From the NCBI GenBank assembly GCA_004764695.1, contig SMSO01000036.1:1364001-1428000 (forward strand): a DNA stretch of 64,000 bases, given 5' to 3'. The first letter of the stretch is position 1; the number at the start of each line of letters is the position of its first letter. This stretch comes from Schizochytrium sp. TIO01 (taxonomy: Eukaryota; Protista; Bigyra: Labyrinthulomycetes). Under the pieces are notes generated by a model. It saw only the letters and a program-made list of their open reading frames with translations. It searched no databases and had not been told where the DNA came from. Shown in pieces: positions 22,316-33,656 of this stretch. Made by a program: the position numbers and the translations under genes.

Positions 22316-25121
22316 TCAATCAAAAGAGTCTTCAAACTCGTTGCGATTGAGCTTTAGTGCATGTGCTGGACTGAATGCGTATTTTAGTGACTGATGCTTC
22401 CTCTTTACGCTTTCAGCATTGTAATTAAGTTGAAAATTGAGAGATCCGGGACCAAGAGTGTTATGTTTAGCTTCATACGCCACCCTCTTGGCATCGCGGC
22501 GATGATTTGCTGACGCATAAAGGAAATGCTGAATTGCTGAGACAGTGATCACCGCAGGTAGGAGATAGCGGAATATGAAAACGTGGATCAGGAGCAGAAT
22601 TGAAGTGTACCATGAAATGAAAGGGCGTTGGGCCACAAGACCTAGCAGTGTTGGTTGAAGAAGGTCGTAAAGAGAGAATATTTGCAAAGAAAGCTGAAGC
22701 CACACACTACGAAAGCTGTGAAAGTTGGCATCGAAATTGCCCACCAATTGCCAGATTAACAGCACATTAACCATGAAGAAGGGTAAGAAAACTGCCAGCG
22801 TAGCGGCTGCCGATTTACTCGTACGGTAAAGAGTCAACAGAATTACAGAGCCAGCTTCGAATAAACGTAGAGAGAATAATAGTCGGATTGAGACTAAAAA
22901 GATGACAACATTCATAACAATGCGTTGCGCATCAGCGAGTTGGATGAGATCTTCCAATGGATAATAGTATGTAGGAGATGCCCAGAGAAGAGTTTGAAAG
23001 CTTTCAAAGTAAGTATTCAAATAAATTTGCATGCTTGCACTACAAATGTACAATGCAAGCGTGGCAAGATCGAAGATATCAACCGTTTTCAAAAAAAAAT
23101 CTTCAACAACATCTCCATGCCTCCATGCAGCGCGACAGCGAAAAATCTTTTGCAGTGCAATCCATAGCATAAAAACTCCAGAGAGTGCCTGCGCAGCACC
23201 AGAACCACCCTCTGGTAGAACTAGGGAGCGTTGAAATGTATCTGTCTTCAACGTTGGTACAAACTGGCCCGTCAGTCGTTGCTCAAACAATACGTGGTTG
23301 GACTCGTAGCGAGCTGCACTACCAATAAAATCATTCCAAGAAAAGACGACTGCACTAGTCTGCTCGTCAATCCAATCATACAGTTCAAATTTGTCAAACA
23401 CCGCATCCCACGCGCTGACAAGATCTGCGTATGCACCAGTACGGCGAAAAGTTGCACCAATATCAACAAGAAAACCAGAATTAGGATAGTCTGCAAGGCT
23501 GCCATCCAAAGTGTACATCTGTGGCATGCTTGTATTAGCAGCTGCTTGAATATCCTGGGAGGAGACCCACTCGAAACCATTTGTGAAAGCTACAGAAGGG
23601 CCACCAAACGTTTCTACTGCACGATTTTCCGAAGCATAATTTGCGTAGCAGGCATCAATGAAGTACTCGGCTTTGGTTGTCACTGCACATGAAACATTGG
23701 CGCGAACGCGAAGTTGACGTACGCGAAGCACGCCAACGACCTCGGACATACCATCATTTAAAGTCCAATGTGCCGCTGAGTCCACAGACTGTCCTTCTGA
23801 AATGCTCTCTAATGCGTCCTTAAGTAAATGAGACCTCAAAACAGAATTGGTCCATAGATAAATGTCCTCGCTCGTTTGAATATCTACGAAGCGTCGTTTA
23901 TTAGTAAATGGCTGCTCCGTGATATCATTCAATGGCTTGCCTCTAGTATACCTTGAAGACGGCATGGTGTAGCCTGTTAAAAGTAACAAAAGAATGATCA
24001 GGAATGTGAGCAAATCACGAATTGCATCAGCACGGCTTTCCACATCTCGAAGGTGGCGAAAGAATGATGGCCTAGACCCTGGCTCCTTTACATATGCCGA
24101 AAAGGCTTCATTACCAGCCAGTGTTTTTTGTCTCTGCGAAGAAAACCGATAGAACGAGCCTTTCTTCTTAGTCATTCCCTCTGTTGGAGATTTGTGAACT
24201 TCAAAGTGACTCTCGTTCCTGGTTCGATGCTCAGTAAGATCGGTGCCAATTGGCTTCGCCTGATGAATATGAATCTGTCGCACCTCCAAAGGACTCGTCC
24301 GTGGACCAAGTAGAGACTCAAGCATACCTAACGAACATTGGCGATTCAGAAGAAGTCCATCGTACATGGCTTGAACGTATCTTGAATCTAAAGCCCACAG
24401 AGACGCAGCATTTTGCACAAGGTCTCCGACAGTTTCTGATGCAAACCGCTTAGTGATTGTTGACCTTGCATAGGAAGAAGATGCATTGACTATCTCAGTT
24501 ACTAGGCGATAGGTTAAACGGGGGCTTGCAGATACGGAATCCACGCTTACATTGTCCTCACTATTATCGAGCGGCGTCAGTCCGAAGATCGAGTCGCTTT
24601 CTGAGGCGAGTCTCCCTTGTTCCCGACCTCTGTCTCTGGCTGCACTGGAACTCCTGATCGTGCTTCTGTCATCCCGAGTTGTTGTTGTTCCAACAGATGA
24701 TCTCGCCGACGAATTGACTCTTGCTGGAGTACTTTTGACCTGTGCCGTAGAGGTTTGCAGCAAATCGAGCAAGAGATGTCGTACGAGGCCGCGATCCACT
24801 TCACTGGACGCTTGTTCACGTAACTGTGCATCTTTCTCTCGTCGCAATCGTTGCACATTTTCTTGAACACTCCTGATAGCTTGGTCTACCTGTGCAAGCT
24901 CTTGCATAAGTTCATCGCGAACTTTTGTCTGAGTTTGAATTGCAATTAAGGCATTTGTTGCCAGTTCATTAACCACAAGTCAGATGACAATATTCTCCCA
25001 AATCAAATTCCAAACTACTCTCTACTTTGGCGTACAAAGTATGCATCAACATTTTGTGAAGCAGCCTTGCGACCGTTCAAAAACTTACTTCATACTCAAG
25101 GTCGTCTTGTTGCTGGTTCAT
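22316..25121 (-). CDS. PKD2: Polycystin-2 (PKD2/TRPP)-like cation channel; join(25121..25089,24928..22316), 881 aa
   Basis: TOP-domain motifs VVGVLRVRQLRVRANVSC, CYANYASENRAVETFG, ADYPNSGFLVDIG and WIDEQTSAVVFSW, plus six hydrophobic segments. The ORF track starts at GTG 24976. An upstream mini-exon ATG...GAA (MNQQQDDLEYE) ends at GTAAGT and splices in frame at CTCAG|ACA. The symbol is family-level only. Confidence 0.85.
24929..25088 (-). other. Spliceosomal intron (160 nt, phase 0) in the PKD2-like gene
   Basis: Minus strand GAA|GTAAGT ... AACTCAG|ACA AAA GTT. Joining gives an uninterrupted frame MNQQQDDLEYE-TKVRDELMQEL. Confidence 0.75.
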
Positions 25122-26454
25122 GTTTCATCAAGATTATAGCCGCTCTTTGATTTTCAAGATACCTTTTACAGAGAAAGGCTCATCCCTTTGAACACTATAT
25201 TGAAGGACCGGAAGCTCCTAGCTTGGTTTGCAAGCTTACACACGATAGAGTAAATCAAAGCACAAGCTTGGCACAAAGAGAATCGTTTAGCAGCTCTCAA
25301 GCGAAGTTTGGGCTCCTTCAACAATTGAACGAGACGACTAACGATGAGTTTTTGTTGGTGCCCACCTACGAAACAGGCTACGAGTATTTAGAGGAACGGT
25401 CGACTTTCCTTGGGAAGGTATAAGAAATATCGCCGCCTTCAGTGCAGATCTGACCTTCAATTCCTAGTACCTATGCTGCGAGCTAGCGCCTCAGGACGAT
25501 CTCTCTCCGAGTGCTTGCGAGGATTACTACTACGGCCTACTACTACGACTTTTCGCTAAGCTGAGTTCAAGGTAGCTTTAGTTTTCATAACATTTTTACT
25601 TGGCTCTTCCGAACTAGCCGGCCTAGTAGCTATTAGAAAGCAAATATGCTCCTATTTTTGGCCATTCATCAGAAGATATGAAGCGATCCAACATTCTTCA
25701 TGTGTTTCTAAGAATCATCTTCAGTTGGAAGAGCCTGAGAATGTTTGAAGGCAGACGTTGAGCGATAGAAAAGTCACCCGTAAAGAGGAGCACCCCCCCC
25801 CCTTTTTCTTTTAAAGTATATACATATATTGAATTGATAATAGAGAAACACTCAGAGAAGCACTCAAAGATGCGAGCTCCACATCGACATGGGCAAAACA
25901 CATATTTTGGACTTCTTCTCCAAGGCTTACATGGTGCTGTATATCTTCTTTCAATGGATAAAGATGTTATGATAAGGATAAGTAACATTCCATCGTCTTA
26001 TGGCATCCTCCTGAAAAGAATTCAAGTGCGAGACATTACAGTTGCCTTTTTGTATAAGAACAATACATGGTCCGACAAGCATACTCTTAGTATTCTGCAT
26101 TATGGCGCAATAAGACAGGTCTATTATCTCTAGAATAAAGTATCAGTCATCACAAAACACACACAAAAGCACCAACCTGAGATTTCTGAATACATGTTCA
26201 TATCTTGTCTAAAGTGGCGAGAACGTATCTAATTTATAAACTAAATTCGGGGTTGTGATCTAGCCTCTCCATAAAAGAAGATATATATAAGACCAGTAAG
26301 TTTTTCGAAATGTCAAGAGAATGGAGCTTTATAAAAAAAATAAACAACCAAATTTATAAGCTTTATTACTATTTTTAATAAAAAGTCAGAGGGGTTTCAG
26401 AACAATTAACATCCATAAACAGAATAAGGTTCTTGATGCTTGACACGATACACT

Positions 26455-27498
26455 TCAATAGACAACATTCACTTCGAAGGGGGGTTTGAGACGTTGTTGC
26501 TGAAGCTTGCCCCAGTCAATCGAACTAAAGAATGGCTGAGTTTTAATCTCAGCAAAGTCATCCTCGTAACCAAGGCGCAGCTTTGCGTCTTTGCTTGCAA
26601 GCAAACCTTGAAGCATAAAAATAGCGTCGAGGCTTGCACAGTTAAGCTGGTCACTGGTCCAAAGAAGGGGCTCGACAGAGATTTTGCGTGCTGTATCTTC
26701 TTTAGTCTCACCCTCCCAAGGGATTGAAGCGAATAGAAGCTCATGGAGGAGAACTCCGAAGCTCCACCAATCTGCTTCTAATCCACACCGCCTGTACTTC
26801 AAGATTTCTGGAGCTGCATAATAAAGGGTACCAGCGCTTGTGTTAACAATGAGACGGCCGGAGTCTGGATCCACATCTTCAATAGGAGAAAGTACATATG
26901 AAAGTCCGAAATCAAACAGACGCACATGCCCTTGTGCTGTAATTCCGACATTTTCGGGTTTGATATCTCCGTGAAATATATTATTTACATGTAGAAAACC
27001 AATAGCAGACGCTATCTCTGCGGCATAAAAGATAACATCACACTCTAAAAGGCATTCCTGAGAAGCTAAATCATAAAGGTCGCCTCCATCGCAAAATTCG
27101 AGGGCGATGATCTTTTCCTCTGTATCAAACCATTGCATCGCGATAACGAAGTTATTTTCTGGAATGCTCTCCATTTGTAGAATTTCGAAGACTTCAACCT
27201 CCCTCTCGAAGCTTGAATCTCCCCGCATTGAATCCTCGAATCTTTTAAGCACAATATTATCCCCGGTATTACGATCCAAGGCCACCTGGACATCGCAAAA
27301 CCCTCCTCGGGCCAGCTCCTGAATGATGTCAATATTAGTTATTTTTGAACTAGCGTCAGCCAAAGTATGCTGGTCATCGCTTTCACTGTGCATGGCTGTG
27401 AGGTTCAAATTACTAGGACAAAAGAAAGCCTTTATGAATTTCTGCCAGAATGTCTCTTGAGCTCTAAGACTTGGGAAGCACAGCTGATCGGCCTTCAT
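26455..27498 (-). CDS. Ser/Thr protein kinase, AGC-like, non-RD (paralog 1)
   Basis: LARGGFCDV, IVLK, GGDLY, YAAEIASAIGFLH, HGDIKPENV, DFG, GTLYYAAPE, DWWSFGVLLHELL, FFSSIDWGKL..KPPF. First ATG is 27498; 27393 (MHSESDD) is an alternative start. Confidence 0.92.
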   Translation of the reverse strand: MKADQLCFPSLRAQETFWQKFIKAFFCPSNLNLTAMHSESDDQHTLADASSKITNIDIIQELARGGFCDVQVALDRNTGDNIVLKRFEDSMRGDSSFEREVEVFEILQMESIPENNFVIAMQWFDTEEKIIALEFCDGGDLYDLASQECLLECDVIFYAAEIASAIGFLHVNNIFHGDIKPENVGITAQGHVRLFDFGLSYVLSPIEDVDPDSGRLIVNTSAGTLYYAAPEILKYRRCGLEADWWSFGVLLHELLFASIPWEGETKEDTARKISVEPLLWTSDQLNCASLDAIFMLQGLLASKDAKLRLGYEDDFAEIKTQPFFSSIDWGKLQQQRLKPPFEVNVVY

Positions 27499-30419
27499 TG
27501 AATTCTGGTTTTGTTTTCGCAAGCCCGGAAAAACAGGTGCTTCTGTTTGCTTAGATTTGACCTTAGCTACAACTAGATTTCACACTTTGATTCAATACTA
27601 TGAGCAAGACCACGTTTTTAACCCCCCTTGTAATCTCAATCTCCTCTGTACTTCCGTTAGAAAGTCCGCTATCTAAGACTCTTTACAAGCCCAACTCAAT
27701 TCATCGGCTGCTTTAACTATTCACTTATTAAGCAACAGCTTTGCAAACAAAGCGTCGCAACCATAATGCCCTGCAGAAGTCCATAGCTCACGGCACTACG
27801 TAGTGCATCATACGCGAGAAAACCAATGTACACTGATCCCTTGGAGGGGACTTTATTAAAATGTCCCAGTCCATATGTAAAACTGCAAAAACGCGTTTCC
27901 CCCTTTTCATTCTTTCTTCGGCAACTGCATTGCTTTCACTGGTTATAAGTGATAGAAACACCAGGAGTAATCGAAATCAACAGTAAATGCGTCAGGCCGC
28001 GCAACAGAAAAAAAAATGCGACACTATAGACAGGTATAGAGAAAGCAAGAAAAGAAGAAAGGAAGAAAAATTAAAATCGCAAACAAGAAACGAGTTTTGA
28101 AGTAAAAGGACTAGTTGAAGGTTAAGATCAATGCAAAAAACGTTCTAGTTAAGATGCCTGGCTTGAAGCAGCTCGATGTTGAGGTGGATTATGAGCAATA
28201 GGGACCTCCACAAGGTTTCCTATATAGGAAGACGTGTATACTCTACGATAATTCAGCTATGTTGAAGAAAGAAAAAGTGGAATTAATAGGCTTAACTCTA
28301 AGCATTCTCTAGGAAAAAATACAAGATTTTTCACTAAAATACAACATTCTGAGCGTCTGGAGCTGCCACATCTTTGTTTGAATGAGCCCACACTAGAATA
28401 AGATGTTTAGCACTGACTTGACTTGTCACTTATATTTAAAACAGACATAGTAGCTCACTAAGGTTAAAGAGCGTCTAATAGGAAAGGACGAGTAATATCT
28501 GTTTGTCAAGCCTAAAAGGAAAAAAAAGTGGCGAAGAAGTGATTTTAGGGACTCTTATAGTTGTTGACAATAATTAAACCCGGGAAACCAGGCCTCTTAT
28601 ATGGCAGTGAGGGAGCCCCACCGCCACAGCAGCTTTCCAACAATTGCAAAGGACTTCAAGAAAGTTCTGATTGCAGGAGCGCTTGAAGACGTTATTAGAT
28701 TGCAACCAGAATCAACACAGCTAACAGTATGTCTTGCAACGTCTGCAATTTGGAAGTGTTCTAGTAGCTTGTTCAACAAAAGCTAAGGTATGGTGTGCTT
28801 TGTGAAAATCAATGGCTACGCCCTTCTCAAGTCACTCTAATCTACGTATGAAGAAGCTAGATATGGACCGTTCAGATAGTTTACAGGAAGAAAGCGTGTC
28901 GTGCTGACACTTTGGGTTATACATAGATACAGTGAATGTGTGCAGTTGTGAAACACATGCCCGTGCATGTCTCGAGATTAGAAGAACGCATTTGATGTTT
29001 TGTTTTGTCTTGCACGAGACTTGTACGCTTGACTATTTTATAATAAATATTGCATAGAATATTTAAATAAAATGGGTTTAGGTTATATGTTGACATGAGG
29101 TAAAGTCGAAATAAAAATAATAGGAACTAGTATAACACAACCTTGGGCGTACCAGACAAAAACTTAATTAAGCATTGAGTGTAATTCAAGACACTCTTTA
29201 AGCTACTACATGAGCTGACTCTAACGTCTGCGAAATGTCTCTACCCGCATCGACTCAGGATCATGAATTTACTTCTAAAAAGCATTCCTTTCTTTTATAC
29301 TTTACAATGAAATTTCGAAACTAAGTAACAGCAGTATTAAAGACGCAAAATCACTTTCAACCTCAACTTAAGTTTGAAAAATGAAATGAGAATGCTTGCA
29401 ATTCACGAGCTATAAGACTGTCGTCAAGTATGGTGAATTTTTTTTTTGGGGGGGGGGATATGAGGTGTTATAGTAACAAGTCAAGCCCCCTACGCAACCA
29501 AAACATGCTGCAAGCATTAATTGTACTTTGTTTAAAGTCATCTCTCTATACTTGATTTGATGATAGTTACTTGGTATAACCGTACAGTTTGCGATCTCAC
29601 ACTCGTCGCTTTACGTTTGCAGATATCTATACTATATGCCTTAACGAGCATCATCTCAGGAATATTTCCACCTTTCACCTGTCATCATTCACATTAGAAA
29701 ACTGGGAAGTAACTGTTTTGATATTACGTTCCTATTGTGAAGGATTACTCCCCTAAAGTCCTCCATAGCGTCGAAACGGTAATTCACGCAGCCATTCATG
29801 CATGTATCCTCTTTCAAGAAAAGAGGGGGGGGAGGTGATATAGCTTCGTTTCCTCGCCATGTCACAAAAACAAAAAGCATAAAACGTGTTTAAAAGGCAT
29901 GCCTCACAAACCTTTTGCTTCGATAAACTAAGGCAAACGGAAATAAGGTTTTAGCACCGTCTCTATATTTAGCTAGACAAAAATGACTTTCAGCAACATA
30001 GAATTATGCGAGTAGTTCTGCTTATTTCCTTTTAAATAACATACCTCACCACAAATCAATATTTGGGCAACTAAAGTTCCACCTGAAATTAGCATCTCTC
30101 TGCCTACTTTCAATTTCCAACTGGAGATTCTGCAATTTAAACTGATGAATATAATTAATTTTGTTAAGGTGAGATTCGGTGATGGGGACAACACTGAATT
30201 TCATAAAAAGCAAAGGACGCAATTTGTCAGAAGTTAGTTAAAAGACATAACTCAAAAGATAGAAGTTCATATTGAAACTTATTTTTATTTAGCACTAGGA
30301 AGTTGTCTCACGAAAATGATAACGTGCATATTTCTTTCCTTGTCCAAGTACCTCGTTATATTAAACAGGAAGAGTGATGTTCATACACAATCTTATTCTT
30401 CGAATTAACGTCGCCTATT

Positions 30420-31370
30420 TTATGAATTTTGCACAAAGTTAGGTTGAAACGGGGGCGCAAGCCTTTGTTGTTCGAGCTTTTCCCAATCGATACAGGAAAA
30501 AAAGGCATGATACTTGAGTTCTGCAAGACCGTACTCATAACACAGGCGATTTTTGGGCTTCTTGCTAGAAATAAGACCCTGAAGGAGGATTACTGCGTCT
30601 AGGCTAGTTTTTTGGAGTTGTTCACTAGTCCAAAGAAGAGGCTCAGTAGTAATCATATGTGCTGTTTCTTCTTTTGTTTCACCTTCCCAAGGAATTAGAG
30701 CGAATAGGAGCTCATGGAGAAGAATGCCAAAGCTCCACCAATCTGCTTCCAGTCCACATTGGCCATATTTGAGAATCTCCGGAGCTGCATAGCTCATCGT
30801 TCCAGCGTTTGTTTTAATGGCGAATCGACCCGTAAATTCATCTACATCTTCCTCTGGAGAGAGAATATAAGAAAGGCCAAAATCAAGCAAGCGTACGTGG
30901 CCTTGTGCTGTGATGCCAACATTTTCTGGCTTAACATCACCATGGAAAATGTTGTTATCGTGCAGAAACCCAATAGCCACGGCAACTTCAGCAGCGTAAA
31001 ATGCTGCATCAGACTGCGAAAGAGGTTCTTGTGAAATCAGGTCAAAGAGATCACCTCCATCACAAACCTCAAGAGCAACCATGTTTTGCTTTACATCAAT
31101 CCATTGCATTCCAACAACAAAACTTGATTTTTGATCTTGTTTGGCCTGTTGCAAAAGCTTTAATGCCTCCATCTCTCTAGAAAAGAGGATGCTACCAAGT
31201 GGTCCTGATCTAAATTTCTTAAGAACAATATTTTCTCCAGTTTCTCTGTCATACGCTAGGTGAAGTTTGCTGTATGATCCTCGTGCAATTCCTTTAATTA
31301 GGGTAACGTGGCTGATTTCTAACTCTGCGATTTTTGGAAAAGGGTGGACGTTTTGTATATGAAGCCGCAT
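30420..31370 (-). CDS. Ser/Thr protein kinase, AGC-like, non-RD (paralog 2)
   Basis: IARGSYSKL, IVLK, GGDLF, HGDVKPENV, DFG, GTMSYAAPE, DWWSFGILLHELL, FFSCIDWEKL..APPF. Long near-identical blocks shared with 26455..27498. Confidence 0.92.
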   Translation of the reverse strand: MRLHIQNVHPFPKIAELEISHVTLIKGIARGSYSKLHLAYDRETGENIVLKKFRSGPLGSILFSREMEALKLLQQAKQDQKSSFVVGMQWIDVKQNMVALEVCDGGDLFDLISQEPLSQSDAAFYAAEVAVAIGFLHDNNIFHGDVKPENVGITAQGHVRLLDFGLSYILSPEEDVDEFTGRFAIKTNAGTMSYAAPEILKYGQCGLEADWWSFGILLHELLFALIPWEGETKEETAHMITTEPLLWTSEQLQKTSLDAVILLQGLISSKKPKNRLCYEYGLAELKYHAFFSCIDWEKLEQQRLAPPFQPNFVQNS

Positions 31371-33656
31371 CGAGTCTTGTAAGCTAATTAGTTTAGAGCA
31401 CGATTTGCTTGTTTGCAGTTTGTGGATGCACTAGAGACCTAATGAAGAGAAAATGTCTGCTTAAATTCCAGGATTGTCGGGCCAACAAAACACGGAGTTA
31501 AGGTTGGAGCTCACTCATAATACGTTTTTGGTTGTTGGTTTGTTTCTTCAATATTAGTTTACCTGTATGCCACACATTGTTTCAGCAAAGGCCACCTTAT
31601 AGGCATCTCAGCTGTTTGTTTATCTTTTGTAAAGTTGATCACCGTACCATCGTATTAGGCCAAGCCTGGTAGTACAAAAGGAAGCATAGTGTCTGCGGCT
31701 TCCAAGCAGCTATCCATTGTCCATTTCCAAAAGATTCATGACCCCATGGTACTCTGCTAAAAGAGGAGACCGTCTGTATAACTGGTGTGCCTGGCTCTTG
31801 TTGACCAGTTTGTGCTATTACGAAGTAGAAAGACACACCAAGCAAGAAGAAACTGTATGTCTGGTTTCCTCACCTGCGGTATCCTATATGCTGCCACTGC
31901 TTTAATGTTTCTTAAATTAAAACCACTATGAAAGGAACTGACTAACAATATTTCATTGTTGAGTCCAATATTTATTTCATGAAATAAAAGACCATAGTTG
32001 CATTTAGATTCAACTCTAGGCTCTTTAATATGTACTCCATTAGGATTTTCAACGAAGCATTTTCCAAAGATTTTTTTTGCTCAAAAATGGATTCATCGAG
32101 AAGTGCTATTCTACCTAGCTCTTGCATATTATTGTTGTTATTATTATTTTCATGATACTGGCCTCTAATAAAAATAAATTTAATTAAAAAGAATTATGAT
32201 AAAAGAAGAGCAACAAGCAATATCAGGGAGATCATTCATGTATTCAAGAGGAACTGAAGGATGCAGGGAGATACATTCTATTAAGGCATTATTCCTCAAT
32301 CCAATTGGAGTACATGAACATCACGTTTCAGATTCACGGAGCCTGGTATAATATATCATGACATTGACGAAGTTAAACGGCTAAATAAAAATATAACTAT
32401 GAAAGACACCTGCCCTTTTTGTAGATGCGGTTCGCTTCAAATTAATTCCTGGAAGCCGCAAGCTTAAAGGCAGTTCAAAGACTCCTACTAATAATTGAAT
32501 TGATGGGTTACCAGCAGAGGTCTCCTGAAATATGAGGTGTTTTTCAAAGTGGACAACGCACGCACTAATTTTTAGAATATAGATAAGCTGAGTAACGTTT
32601 CCTTTACTGTGTTGCCCGCATTTTAAAAAATTTAAGAGAAGGTCACACGTAGACTATTTCTGATCTTCAAAACAAGAACAGTAATGCAAGAGATCTAGCA
32701 TTACTCTTGCGTCAGTGCTCTCGTTAAGGCTTGGACTTCTCCCAATTCGGACAGGGTAAATCATATGACCTATAACGAATATTTTCCGTTTCAGAGTTGG
32801 CTTCTATGTCCAGTCCATTAATGCACCTGTGGTTTGGCAGCTATAAGGAAAGGGAATGAAAGCAATTCTTTGCTTTACCTCAGTGCATGGGTGCCTTGAG
32901 TTGGTAGAATGCCAGAGATCAAACGAAATAAGAATGTAAACTTCGGTGATCAACTTCGGTGATTAACTTAAGAGAATAGCTTCCCTCCAAGGAGTCTTTG
33001 ACACTTTCCAGATAACTTGTGATAAGTGCACTAAAAAGCCTGGTCTAGCTCGTACTTATTATCCGGACAAACAATTCCAGGGTATGAGTTAATGAAGCTT
33101 TACGAAGGCCGTCATCCCAATAACCCAGACCTGGCCGGTGGCTCCTCCGTACTTCCCCCCACCCACAGGCTTAATCAACTTAGCTACCTTCATGTGTCCA
33201 ACAAAACCAGTGAGCCCTGCCCTGTTCAAGCAGAGAAAAGTACGCGGACAAAGTTTCAATAGTTACAATTTAAACTACAAGTACACTAACACAGATGGCA
33301 AAAAGTTCATCGATATGCAACTGTGAAGGCGCATACTCATACTGAGGAAACTAATTACGTTGACTGAGTTTCCTGGCAATGCGTGTTTCCTTTTACACTT
33401 TGCAGAAATATTTAGCTAGGGAAACATCAACCTAATGTGCACTAGGAGCGCGGACTTATTGATAGGAGAAAAAAGTCATCTGTGAGTAAAGAGAACGCTT
33501 CCCTAATTAAAATGCTAATATGGTGACACTGGCTCGTGTGCCAAGTCCTCACGTTTTAAAACTACATCTCTTGGGCTCTGGCAATAGACAGCACGCCCTG
33601 TAGAGAAGAAGAGAAAAAAGCGTTAACGTGAAAGCTTGCGATCCCCTGATTAATTA

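Noticed and set aside
27793-27806. Perfect 14-bp palindrome GCACTACGTAGTGC upstream of kinase 1
   Set aside because: About four such palindromes are expected by chance in 64 kb (64000/4^7).
32939-32969. 13-bp tandem duplication AACTTCGGTGAT(C/T)
   Set aside because: Simple local slippage; no spacers, so not CRISPR-like.
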